From: Eledone cirrhosa
Lineage: Eukaryota
Direction: 5' to 3'
Length of the DNA stretch: 64,000 nt
Assembly (NCBI GenBank): GCA_964016885.1
Contig: OZ024742.1
Coordinates: 274,536,001 to 274,600,000 of the forward strand
Shown: piece after piece, positions 37,898 through 50,118 of the stretch
Layout of the letters: each line of letters opens with the position of its first letter
Numbering within the stretch: the first letter of the stretch is position 1
Notes under the pieces: model-generated
Database searches by the model: none
What the model saw: the letters and a program-made list of their open reading frames with translations, nothing else
What the model was told of the DNA's origin: nothing
Made by a program: the position numbers and the translations under genes

Positions 37898-39785
37898 ATG
37901 GACGACTCAGATTCACACCTTCCTCACAAACTAACACCTCACACCGACACCACCATTGTAAATATTACTACTTTGCCAAAACTAGAAATATAAGCAGTAG
38001 CAATATTTTAAATTTGTCTCAAGCAGAGATTCATTTCCGGCCATTACCAATGACTGCAGGTGTTGAAGCCACCACCCCCACCACCACCACAGCGACAACA
38101 GAAAGAAAAGAAAAAAATAAATTAGCTCGTGATATCGAAATGGATTCACCCAAAATGAACTCTTCCACACCGAACACCACTGACGCCACCACCACCACAA
38201 CTGAAACTAAAATTAACAATAACAAAAATAACGATAACAACAACAGCAACAATGAAATTAAGAAAACTAACTCAGGAGGAATTAGAAGCCAAAATAATGG
38301 TAAAGAAAGATGGGTACAAGGTCAGCCGAACCCCCACCCCACCTAATAAAATGGAGCATCGGCGCCTATGTACCGTGTCTTATATTACGATTAACATGAA
38401 ATCGCGCCGAGTGGAACGGGTATCCAATTCCCAAATCCAAAAAGCTTTGGGACATGTGTGGGAAAAAAACACCCACATCATACGTGGGCAGAAATATGGA
38501 ACCGTGGACGTGTTCTTTGAAACACCACAGGAGGCCAGAGAACATTCCATGGCCCCATTAAGAAGTGACAACTACACACTCGTCCCAGGCTATTCTGGCC
38601 AGAGACTCGTGAAGATCAGGGTGACCCACGTTCCAGCGGCCATCGAAATTCCCTGGCTAATGGCTGCCGTCCTCGCCAGCATCGAAGCCAACACCAAGAC
38701 AATCGAAATAGCGAAGGAAAAGCAGGAGAACTGGTCCGGATCTGGAATGGAGCTCCTGATCCAAGGGGACCAAAGAAGCATTGAGGAGATCCCAGAAGTA
38801 ATAGACCTCACTGAGGGTAGCCACCTCACCGTAATCGTCGAGGGCAAAAGGCCTAGGTGTGTCGTTTGTGGTGAAGGAACCCACCTAAGGGCTTTCTGTC
38901 CTCAGGCTAAAAGGTTGAGGCCACTTCTCATACCCACACCAGTGACTCAACCATCAACACCACCAGCAGCAGAAAAGGCAGCAACAACTGTAGCAAAACC
39001 AACAGAAGCAACTGTAACAGTAACAACCCCAGCAACAGTAGCAAAACCAACACCATCATCACCCAATGCGCCAGAACTAGCACCAGCGCCTACACCATCC
39101 ACCACGCCACAACCAACACCAATGCCTGTTGAGGATTTTCCACTCCCCGACCTATCGCAACTAGAGACAGATTGTGACGACGAGGAGGGGGAAATGGTAT
39201 CAGGAAAAAAGAAAAAAAAAGAAAAAGAACCAAAAAAGAAAAAATTCTCTTCCTTACCCCTCCAAAAACAAAAATACAGAGGGAAACAAATAAACTATCA
39301 AACAAAAAAGTTAGGACAGGTATGCCACAATCCACACCAGCATCAACAACCCCATCACCACAAACACCAACACCATCACCATCATTAACCCCAACATCAC
39401 CATCACGAACACCACAAAAGTCACCAAAAAGCGAAACAGAAACAAACCCACAACAAACGCAAACAAAACAACCAAAACGATACACACCACACAGCATTAA
39501 ATTAGAACAACAACCAATTATTACACTACATCCAACACAATACCAGCATCACAGAAAAAGACTACACAACAACCCAAAAGTTCACACCATCTTCACACAT
39601 ACAAATCAGTCGCATCACACAGAAAACGTACACGACACTAAAACAAAAATTCCCAAAAGACATCGGAGACTTCCGACAAGCACTCTCCAGTAGGATTTAT
39701 AAAGACATCCTTCCGGAAGAGGCCACAAGCAGTGAAAAGGATGGAGCTAAAAACAACCATCCTTCCTCTACGAGAAGTAAGGTAA
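37898..39785 (+). pseudogene. T8 ORF1 (gag-like nucleic-acid-binding protein, CCHC knuckle), frameshifted
   Basis: ORFs 38014-38346, 38252-39388 (CVVCGEGTHLRAFC) and 39322-39693; C-terminus ..LPLREVR*. Confidence 0.88.
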
Positions 39786-39819
39786 GTGGTCTTTCCCATC
39801 TTTTCCACTCCATTTCAAT

Positions 39820-42800
39820 ATGACCTCACTCAGAATAGGCAGCTTAAATGCGCGTGGCTTGGGGTCGTCATGGAAGCAGGGCCACCTGCTCAACGACCTC
39901 AGGTCACTAAATATAGATGTAGTGGCCATCAGCGAGACCAGAATCTCCGAAGCACGGGCCTTCGAACCGATCTTCAGCGGTTGAGTGTACGCATCTCCCA
40001 GCCGTCCGGCATCGGGGGGAGGAGTTGCTGTGCTTTTTCGGAGAGGTTTGGATCTCGCCATACGGGCCATCTTCCTGGACCCAGAAGGTAAGTTGGTGGT
40101 GCTGGACGTGACCAACGGCGACGGGCAAGCTTTCAGGCTAGTGGCCGTCTATGCCCCGACAGGAGCAGGGCGGCCTGATTTCTGGAGACCTTTCTTGGAA
40201 CGTCCCGCTCTTTAGTGTTAATGGGCGACTGGACGGGATCTTAGATGCACGCTGGGACTGTGTGGGATTAGCGGATAGGGGTGGAGGGTGCAAGAGCCTC
40301 ACCAACCTGCTCAGGCGTTTTGAACTGTATGACAGGTACCGATTGGATTTCCCGAATGCGCCAATGTCAACTTGGACAAATCGCATAGGGTCATCCAGAT
40401 CATATCTAGATAGAGTATTTTGTAGGGAAATAGATAGGTCTAGCATAGGCTGTCCACAATTCAAGATAGTCAGCTACACGGACCACAAATTCGTGATCTG
40501 TGTGCTTGACTTAGATAGGCTTCATAGACGAGGACGCGGCTACTGGAAGCTAAACGCGTCCTTACCAGCGCGAAAGGCCGACAGAGACCGGATTAGCGAA
40601 CTAGCTAAGCGGGCGTTGACGGGGGCCATCGTCAACAACAAGTGGTGGTTTGCTCTGAAAAGAGCGATTAGAATAGAATCCATTAGGTTTAGTAAGGCTT
40701 TAGCAATAGAGAAAAATAGAGCAGAGGGAGAACTAGTTAGAAAATTAGACGAGGCGCTTAGCAAAGGCATTGCGACCGACGTGCTTGCGGCGAAATTGGC
40801 CCTTGACCAATTCTTCAATGCAAAGCACGAGGGCTGCGTTGTCAGAGCAAGGGTGCGTGCTCTCAGACACGAGGGGACGAAAGCCGTTCAATGGGCCCGA
40901 GTGGCGGAGGCGCATCGTGGCAACAAAGCCACGATCCGGTCTTTGGTGGACCACGACGGGCGCATGCTACCCGATCCCGGGAAAATGTGTGCAGCTTTTC
41001 AGCGACACTTCGCTCAGCTGTTAGGGGCCAGCGGTGGGCCGGGTCGAGGGATGGACTTTAGTGTCTACCTCGACGGACTGCCGTGGCTCTCGGCCACTGA
41101 GGCGAAGTGTTGCGAAAAGCCGCTGAAGTAAGCGAGGCAATGACTGGCTGCACAAGGGGTAAATCGCCTGGTTTGGATGGTCTGCCCTATGAACTTTACG
41201 TACAGATGCCAGACTTGTTCGGAGGCCTCTTGGCGGACGTCTACTGCAACTGGCAACAGAACGGGAGAATTCCCAGTTCTGTGAGCCGAGGAGCGGTGGC
41301 ACTGCTGAGAAAGGATCCGAACAAGGGGGATAACATAGAAAATTTCCGGCCCATAACTCTGCTAAACACAGAGTTTAAGATTTTGGCCAAGGTGCTAGCA
41401 AAGAGGTTGGCGCTTGTCGTTGGTGGTCTGGTGGGAGAGGCGCAGACATGCGCCATTCCCGACAGATCCATCCACGACAACCTCCACCTCATGCGATACA
41501 TCGTAGAGAGGGTAGCTAGGGAACCTGGCACGGGTGGGTCCTTGATCAATTTAGATCAGTCTAAAGCTTTCGATAGGGTCGACCATCGTTACCTAGCGGC
41601 AGTCCTGAGGGCGGCTGGCTTTGGGCCCGTCTTCGGAGGCTGGATCGCTGCCATGCACAGCGACATCTGCTCTGTGGTGAGAGTGAACGGTCACCTGTCG
41701 GAACCGTTCAACATCATGCGCTCGGTCCGCCAAGGATGTCCCCTCTCGTCCCTCTTGTACGTATTGACTCTCGAGCCATTACTGCACAAACTGGAGACGT
41801 TGAGGGGTTTCCTGCGCGAACTAGGATGCGAAAGATCCGTGTCAGCATATGCAGACGATGTCACCGTAGTGGTGTCGAACACCAAACACATCGAGGCGAT
41901 CGGCACTACACTAAGAAAATACGAAGCGGTGACAGGAGCAATGATCAACCAGGAAAAGTCAGTGGGCCTGCAGCTCGGCACCTGGAGAGACAGGTCCATG
42001 CCGTCCAACAGCGTCGTCGGGCGCTGGACGGATGGACCGGTTAAATTGCTAGGGGTCTGGTTCGGTCCGGACCTCCAGACGGACAAAAACTGGGACGAGG
42101 TGACGAGCAGGGTGCTTCTCTCACCCAGAAATGGGCCGAGAGGAAGCTATCCCTGAAAGGTCGAGCGGAGGTGGCTAACGCGTACATCGCGTCCGTCATC
42201 TGCTACCGCCTGACCGTCGTACCTTGTCCTAAGCCTCGCCTGACTGCGCTGGAGCGTTTGCTCTTTCGCTTTTTGTGGAAGGGACGCGCTCCGATGGTCA
42301 GGCGGTCCATCTGTTGTCAACATCCGCTACGTGGAGGGCTGGGCATGCCGTGGCTGATGATGCGCAGGCACGCGCTCAGGCTACGACATCTCCACCTCTT
42401 CCTCGACGGTGATCAGGTGTGGTCGCCGTTTGCTAGACGCGTATTTCCCCAGCTCGTTTCCTTGACGGGGCTGCAGTCCTGGGTCAAGCGAAGACCGAGA
42501 GGGAGCGCCTGGAGACTGGAATGTCTTCAGGCGCTCACAGCCCTCGACCAATTGGGCAATGTGATCGGTGGAAACTCCACCTCGGCGTTCTATAGAGGAT
42601 TAGTGGAGGGGAAGAGCGACGACGTACTTGGGGAAACTCTAGGCGTCGACGAAAATCAAGTAGCCAATCTCTTCGGAAGAACTTTCGGGCCAGGGCCTAT
42701 GGACAACTTCCAGAAATCTCTGGCCTGGCAGTGCTACCGAGGAGCCTTGCCAGTTCGGGATAAACTCTACAGGCATGGAGGTGCCGTCAGCCGGGCATGT

Positions 42801-43212
42801 CCGAGATGCGAGCAGGGCGACGAAACCGTCCTGCACGCACTCGTCCAGTGTCCGAAAATTGCGGACTTGTGGGTTTATGTCGAACACCTGCTGACGCGTT
42901 TAGGACGGATCCGGCTATCATCTGAGTCCATCGTGAGGATTGCCCCGCCCTCCTCCTTTAGCCGGGGAGGGCAGGCAGTTTTTATCTGCCTGGTGGCCAT
43001 GGCGAAAGAGATAGTATGGTGGACATGTTTGAAAGGGCTGAAGACGAGCACTTACCTCTTCGGTGATGCTGATTGACTTTTTCAAATTTCATTTGAAAAG
43101 GAAGATCAGAGTAGAGAGGGAAGTGCTCTCTTCCCAGCATTTTGTTGAAAGATGGGTGAGAGAAGCAAGAATGGCCCGATAGAATGGGCCTACCCTGAGT
43201 ATATATCTGTAA
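39820..43212 (+). pseudogene. T8 ORF2 (APE-RT-ZF), a few stops and frameshifts
   Basis: MTSLRIGSLNARGL start; ORFs 40151-41131 (YLDRV, TDHK, GYWKLN), 41107-42156 (RQGCPLS, AYADD) and 42171-43076. Confidence 0.95.
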
Positions 43213-43462
43213 ATTAAAGGTGGAAAACTGGGAGAGGGCACTTGCCTTGGTGGTCAGGATCATTGTGGCTTTTTACTGGGCTTTCTCCACAAATGTCCCT
43301 CCGAAGTCTCCCCCCTATTGGGGAATTTTTCATTGTTATTTTTTCTTACATCCTCTGTTTTTGTTTTTTACACGCAGAAATGCTCATTTGTACCGTCCTG
43401 CATTGTCCTGCACTGTCCTTAATGTCTACTTTATGTAAACCCTTGTGGTTAATAAAGAAATC

Positions 43463-43511
43463 ATTATTATTATTATTATTATTGTTATTATTATTATTAT
43501 TATTATTATTA
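43463..43511. repeat. (ATT)n microsatellite shared by the T8 and D1b 3' ends
   Basis: Near-perfect run. Confidence 0.95.
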
Positions 43512-46500
43512 CAGTTGCATTTATCTTGCTTTATGTTCATACGAGTTATCACCAAGTCACAACCAGTGACCTCAAGAGACAACAAAATCCGCAATGTTCA
43601 AGAAAGAACATACATACTCACACATGCATCTTTAGTGTTTAGACTTGTGATGTACTTATATTGACAGATTCTTCCTTAGTATATGGGCAGTTCCTATTAG
43701 TACTATCTTTTGTATTTCTCCTATACGCGGGTTTCCTGGGATTTGCGATAAGTAGTCGTTAGACCCCTTAGGTATCATTCCCAGAGCGCCTACAACCACT
43801 GGTATTGTTTTAGTTCTCAATTTCCCCATTTTTCCAATTTCTATCTCCAGGTCCTTATACTTGCTCAATTTTTCAAATGTTTTTATAGATACATTCTTGT
43901 CTATTGGAACAGACATATCAATTAGCAGGCATACCCTCTTTTTAAAGTCCTTCAATATTATATCAGGTCAACTTTCGGTCTGTTTGGATGCTAAAGTTCC
44001 ACAAGATTGAGATGTGATCTTTTTCAAGTATGGGAGGTGGTTGATGCTCCCACCAATTCTTTTGATGGGGCAGGTCAAAATGCTTACACATTATCCAATG
44101 TATGTATTGTGCAGCTCTGTCATGCCTGTTTAGGTATTCGGTTGGAGCTATAGGACTGCACATTGAAATTATATGGTCAATGGTCTCTGGTTGTTTTTTG
44201 CATACACGGCATAATGGGCTGCACCCATTTTTTATTATGTTGGCTTGGTAATTTTTTGTTGGCAGACACTGATCTTGTGCGGATATAATCAGTCCTTCAG
44301 TCTCCGATTTCAGTCCAGAGGATGCCAACCACTGATGGGTTAAAGTTTTGTCAACATCAGGATTGTTAGCTCGCTCTGGGTATTTTCCATACAGAGGCTT
44401 TTCTTGCCATTTCTTAGCCAGTTTCTGTAGCAGTTCTTTCTTTGCAGTTACTTTTACCTGCTTTGCTTTTTCTGTGTTTTCCATTTCAGCAGTAAATGGG
44501 ACTTCTGAAATTTGTAGTCCATTACTGTATCTTTGTGCATCTTTTGTAATGGAATATGATCTTTTGGTGCTTTCGTGTTTCAAAACGAGTTTGATCATCC
44601 AATCATGTGATTCCCTTAGATATGTGGATAATCCAATTGTTGCAGTTTTCAACGCAATGTCTAACTGGATTAACCCACGTCCTCCTTCTTTCCTAGGGAG
44701 ATATATTCTATCTATGTCTGCCTTAGGGTGATGCATTCTGTGCATGGTTAAGAATTTTCGGATTTTTGTATCGAGCCTACGGATCTCTGTGCTTGACCAG
44801 TTGATGACATTGTAACTGTAGGTTACTACTGGTATGGCAAGCGTGTTTATGGCATCGATCCTATTCCTTGCATTCAATTCCGTTCTTAAGATTGCTCTGA
44901 CTCTGCGGTAACATTCCTTCCTTATCCTTTCCCTCATTGTCGAGTGCTTGATTCCGTCTCCTTCACAAACACCTAGATATTTGTAAGTTTGTTCTTGATC
45001 AAGCTCTCTTATCACGTTCCCCCGATCAAGATTAATGTCTGAACTCTTCAGCAGCTTTCCTCTGGTGAACGTTGCTTTGGCGCATTTATCCAGTCCAAAC
45101 TCCATTTTAATGTCATCACTGAACTGCTTCACAGTGGATAATAGCCCTTGCTATCATTTTTTGCAAATAATTTCAGGTCATCCATGTAGAACAGGTGATT
45201 AATGGTTTTGTCATAGACTTTATATTCATGTTTTGTTTCATTGAGCATTTTACTTAATGGTATAAGTGCGATACAGAATAAAAGCGGTGATAAAGAGTCA
45301 CCCTGAAAAATTCCACAATTAATGTTAACTTCTCCAGCTTCCAGGGATTTTGTTTCACTATTCAAAAGGAGTGTCGTTCTCCATGTCATCATACTGAATG
45401 ACAAAAACCTCCTGACAACGGGGGATATTTTGAAAATCTCTAAACATTTTTCAATCCAACTGTGTGGCAAACTATCGAATGCTTTTTTATAATCTATCCA
45501 AGCAATCGATAGATTTTTGTATCTATTATGACAATCTTCCAGTATCATTTTGTTAACCAGAAGTTGATCCTTACAGCCATATGAGCCTCGTTTACACCCT
45601 TTCTGCTCAATGGGAAATAGGTCATTTGTTATCAGGTGGTCATATGTGTATTCAGTTAGGACTGATGTTAAAATGTTATACATTGTGGTCAAGCAAGTTA
45701 TCGGTCTGTAATTTTTGGGATTGTTTGTCTCATCATTCTTCGGAAGCACGAATGTAATGCCGTTAACTAGCCATGATGGTATCTTTTCTGGCTCCTTAAC
45801 TATTTCATTGTAAAGTTGGGCTAACAGCTCATGAGACTCTGTGAAGGCATTTATCCAAAAGTTTTGTATTTTGTCTTTTCCTAGGGATTTACATTTGCTG
45901 GTTTTTCTTAGAGCCAAGCGCAACTGTTCAACTGTTATATTTTCCCATATTTGTTCCTCAGGGTGAGCTGTATCTTTCATTTGTCTGTCTATCCATGGGA
46001 CATGTATATTATGAGTTTTTTCTTCGGCCCAGATCTTTTCCCAGAATTCTTGCATTTCCTCCTTGGGTGGTATTGATTTAGCAGTTATTGTTGACTTACC
46101 AATTTTTCTGTAGAAGTTTCTTTGGTTGTTTTTGAACATATTATTGTCCTTATAGAATCTAGATCGTTTTTCAAAGCGCCTTATACGAGCAGCTTTGGCC
46201 GACACTTTTTGCTTGATTATTTCATTCAGCATATCTATGTCACTTGTTGATTTTATACTGTACTTTTTTTTCAATTTTCTTAGTTTAGTTTTTTAACATG
46301 TTCACCTACTTTATAGTTTGTTAAAATTTCTATGTCAGATCTGAGAAGGTTTATTTGGCGATTGATGTTCTCTTGCCAAGTAGATTTCTTGTGGGAATTC
46401 CTTTGTTTTTTCATCTTCACTCCACATAAGTGAGTGGTGACTTTAGCCGATGCATAATAGAGATGATTTAAATCAGTTATGTTTAGTTTGTTTGTGATGA

Positions 46501-48421
46501 TAATGTTTTTGAGAATTATGTTAGTCTTGTGTATTATCTTTTGGTTCTGTTTGGAGTTCTGGATCTTAGGGAGGGTGTCTCGTTGCCCCATGTCAGATTC
46601 TTTCATTTTCATCCATTCGATCATAATTTCATCCTTCAAGTTGGCAAGTTCATTCTCATCCATTTCTTTATCATTTACGATCTCATTATTTTCATTTGGA
46701 GTTTCATCTTGAGCATGCACTCCCCCCACTTTTTCGATCCTTTCTTTAATTTGTTCTGTTGCCAGTGATTCCGCCCCAACCCTGGGATTCGAAGTGTTAC
46801 AATTTACCTCGTTTTCACTGACACATGTTTCATTTTCCCTTCGCTGACTTTGTGCTAATAGCTTGACCTGATCAATTTCTATATCAGTTAGTAACTTTTT
46901 TCTTACAACATTTCTTCGTATATTGGCTAGTTTGTTACTGTCAATATAGCCTCTGTTTTCGGGATGTTTCTTTTTCCAGTTGATATATGTCTGTTCTGTA
47001 TTCGATGTATTTGATGGGTAGTACATGGCAGTGTAGAAAGCCTCAAGGACCTCTTTATTATCTTCCCTTGACCATTTTTCTCTCTTTTTCTTTGGATTTC
47101 TTGGTGGTGAGCATGGAGGGCCAACAGTAGGAGTATTCCGGTTATGGGAGGTCGCCAGCTCCGAAGTGATGGGAAGGTTTGAACCATTAGCTGATTTTTC
47201 GACCCCGTCTGGTTCCTCTCTGAGGGACGCGACCCTTTTTTACCTGGGTGACGGCCGATCCGGTATGAGATTTTATCATTAGACATTTACTTTATTTTGT
47301 CGCGTGTTATCCTTATCCGCCAACGGGTAATCATTTCGTGTTACCACTTCTAGAACGAGTGTCAACCAAGACTAGAGGGGTCGTTCTCCCCTAGAGACAC
47401 GGCTATTCCCCGCCGGCCGCCATCCCGGTATTTCTTGTTCACGGGGTTTTCTTTTTGTTGTTTTTTTTAAATTGTTATTATCATGAGTGGTTCCTTAATG
47501 TGAGCATTGCGTGGCTTAAGAATGAAATTATTAATAATTGTCTCCACTCCAGGCACAAGGCCAGCAATCACCCAGTGCATTACAATAATATAATATACTT
47601 TTTGCTGAAGTTGCCTGTTATTGTTGTTGGTTATGTCGGTGGTGGTGATGGGGCTTTTTATATTGTTGGTGTGGAAGGGGTGAGCCAGCAGTGCCATAGT
47701 TGTTGATGTTGACGTTTGGCCGGTGGCCAGGTCACTAAGTCAATCTATTTATATCTTTTGCTAGCCTCTCCCTTGTCTAGTGATACCGCCGCCTTCCCCT
47801 TTCTCTCTCAAGTTAACAGGGGAATAGTGGTGGTAGCAAGGAAGGAGTGGTGGCGGCGGTGATGGGATAGTGGTAGCAATGATGGATGGAGTGGTGGTGG
47901 AGGTGGCGTTGTCGTTACTGAGTTTTGTGATATGTAGTATATATGAGTTTGTGTCGCGTATGTTTAATATATATTGTGTTGACATATTCCCGTAAAATTG
48001 GATTTAAACATTTTGTTAAAACTTGAGACAATAATAATAGTAATTATTATTATGATGCTGGGATTGGTGGTGGTGGTGGTGAAATTGCCGTTATCTGGCT
48101 GTTATATTTAGTGTGATGGGGTAGGTGGTGTATCAGGTTTCTGGTGTTGGTGAAATTGCTGTTATTTGGCTGTTCTATATAGTGTAGAAAGAGGGTGTTT
48201 GCTTCCATTTATAACCATTTTCTTTTTTGAATACAAAATATATAATACAAAATTGAATATTTGAGCGATATAACAATGTAATATGGATCCGAAATTTTAT
48301 GGGACTTGATTCGGTGGTTTATGCAACATTGTACTAAGAATTGTTATTTCACGATTGATTTAAATATGTTAAAAATCAAAAATCACGGGAGCGATTTCAT
48401 GACCTTCTACCACCTCGCGCG
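43512..48421 (-). mobile_element. R4/Dong-like family D1 copy b, full length (~4.9 kb)
   Basis: ~1.1-kb 5' UTR, ORF from ATG 47286 to 43656, 3' UTR; followed by (CTT)n/(ATT)n at 48422-48505. Confidence 0.93.
43656..47286 (-). pseudogene. D1b RT-RLE ORF broken by about four frameshifts
   Basis: ORFs 46927-47286, 46280-47026, 45129-46274, 43963-45132 and 43656-43955; nearly identical to D1a where they overlap. Confidence 0.93.
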
Positions 48422-48452
48422 TCTTCTTCCCTTCTTCTGCTTCTTCTTCTTC

Positions 48453-48496
<44 letters not shown>

Positions 48497-48505
48497 GTTG
48501 TTATT
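48422..48505. repeat. Compound (CTT)n-(ATT)n microsatellite
   Basis: Seen directly. Confidence 0.9.
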
Positions 48506-48863
48506 CCTTGAATCTCAGTCATTGATGTTGGTTAACTGGAAAGTCCGTTGGATTGAATATCAAGCCACTACCTGCAGCCTCAGATATTCAGGACGTATCG
48601 GAGGGTTCTTGCTGTTCCAAGCAAGCATGCCTTTTGAAGCGTTCCAAAAAGCGTGAAGGGGCCGATTTTCTTTAACCATCCCTGGAAACTTTTGGAGATA
48701 GTCCCCAGTGCGCCTATGACAATCGGGTTCACTTTGACTTCATGGCAGTTCCAAATCCTTTTCACCTCCCACTTTAGGTCCTGGTATCGGTTAATTTTCT
48801 CCCTCTCCTTCTCTTGCACTCTCGTGTCGAACGGGCAGGCCACATCCACAATCAGACACGATC

Positions 48864-48867
<4 letters not shown>
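48506..48867 (-). mobile_element. R4/Dong-like family D2 copy d, extreme 5' truncation (~360 bp), (TTA)n at 48868-48912
   Basis: ORF 48580-48849 matches the C-terminus of D2b; same 3' UTR. Confidence 0.92.
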
Positions 48868-48912
<45 letters not shown>

Positions 48913-49335
48913 GCAGAATAAATACATTTTTGTTTGTTTTCCACCTGCATGTGTATTGTGAATATTGATATAATACGCGAATATATATACATATTGATAT
49001 GATAGGTCAAATAATATCGTAATATCTTATGTAATCAGAAAAGTAATCCATGTTACATTTAAAAAAGACGATATGATATATAAACTGAAAATATTAGTGA
49101 CAGAAATATATGAATGTTTATATAAACAATCGCTAAACGGAAGTGTTGACATTTGAAAATTTTAATGAAGTGAATCTTAAAATAAGCAATAAAATTATTT
49201 ATATTTAATCAAGAGTTACGAAATTTAGCAGATAAATTATGTAACCTTCATTCCTTATTTACGCAAAGCAATCCAACTTATTTTACAATTGGAATAAAAA
49301 AAATATATTTTGGACGCAGTCCCGCATTCCTTTAT

Positions 49336-49480
49336 TGTGTGTATGTATGACTGTGTGTGTGTGTATATGTCTATGTGTTTCTATGTATGTCTGTGTGTGT
49401 ATGTGTGGATGTCTGTGAATGCGTGTGTGTGTATGTCTGTGTATGTGTGTATGTCTGTGTGTGTATGCGTCTGTGTGTAC
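49336..49480. repeat. Degenerate (TG)n microsatellite
   Basis: Seen directly. Confidence 0.85.
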
Positions 49481-49974
49481 AGAGGTGGTGAGTGGAAATG
49501 ATGAATTCATGGATATACCTTTGAGCTTCAGTGGAGTGTAGCCCTATTCCTTATATTGACGTGTGACTGACACAGTTTTCCTGTATATTTACTGTAATTC
49601 ACAGGAAGAATCAATGTTTTACAATGTATGACACGGCTGCTCCTTCGTCTGAAATTAAATTTCATTTTACACATCAAATTTCTTGCTGATGTCGTCTACT
49701 ATATTATTCTGTCAACGATTGTGTCGAATAGAAGCTATGACAAAATAATGTTATATATGTTACCAAGCAATGGGCCTGAACACTAAACTACTTGACTCTG
49801 GTGCAATCGTTTGAAATACTTAGATATGTTTGTAATATATATACATAGATACACACCCAATGATATATGCTCATAGGAGTCGATTGACTTTCGTCAAATT
49901 GAACCAAGGAAACAATGTTTCCATTGGTCTTTTCAATTGCTGATACTATCTATCAGTCTCAACTCCAGGTAGAA

Positions 49975-50095
49975 GGAGCAACGTGAAATAAAATGTCTTG
50001 CTGAAAGACATAACGCATCAACCGGTCCAGGAATCGAACTTACAACCTCACGATTGTGAATCTTATTCGCTACCCACTCAGCCACGTGCCTTCAC
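49975..50095 (-). mobile_element. Second tRNA-derived SINE family (tRNA head + CORE-like segment), decayed
   Basis: Minus strand: GTGGCTGAGTGG (A box), AGTTCGATTCC (B box), then GTTATGTCTTTCAGCAAGACATTTTA resembling the CORE-type GTGTCCTTGAGCAAGACACTT. Confidence 0.7.
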
Positions 50096-50118
50096 AAACG
50101 TACATATATATAGATACA

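Larger units (their letters stand above)
37684..43462 (+). mobile_element. Tx1-like copy T8, full length (~5.8 kb), flanked by (ATT)n on both sides
   Basis: (TTA)n 37664-37683, 5' UTR, ORF1, ORF2, 3' UTR, AATAAAGAAATC, (ATT)n 43463-43511. Confidence 0.95.
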
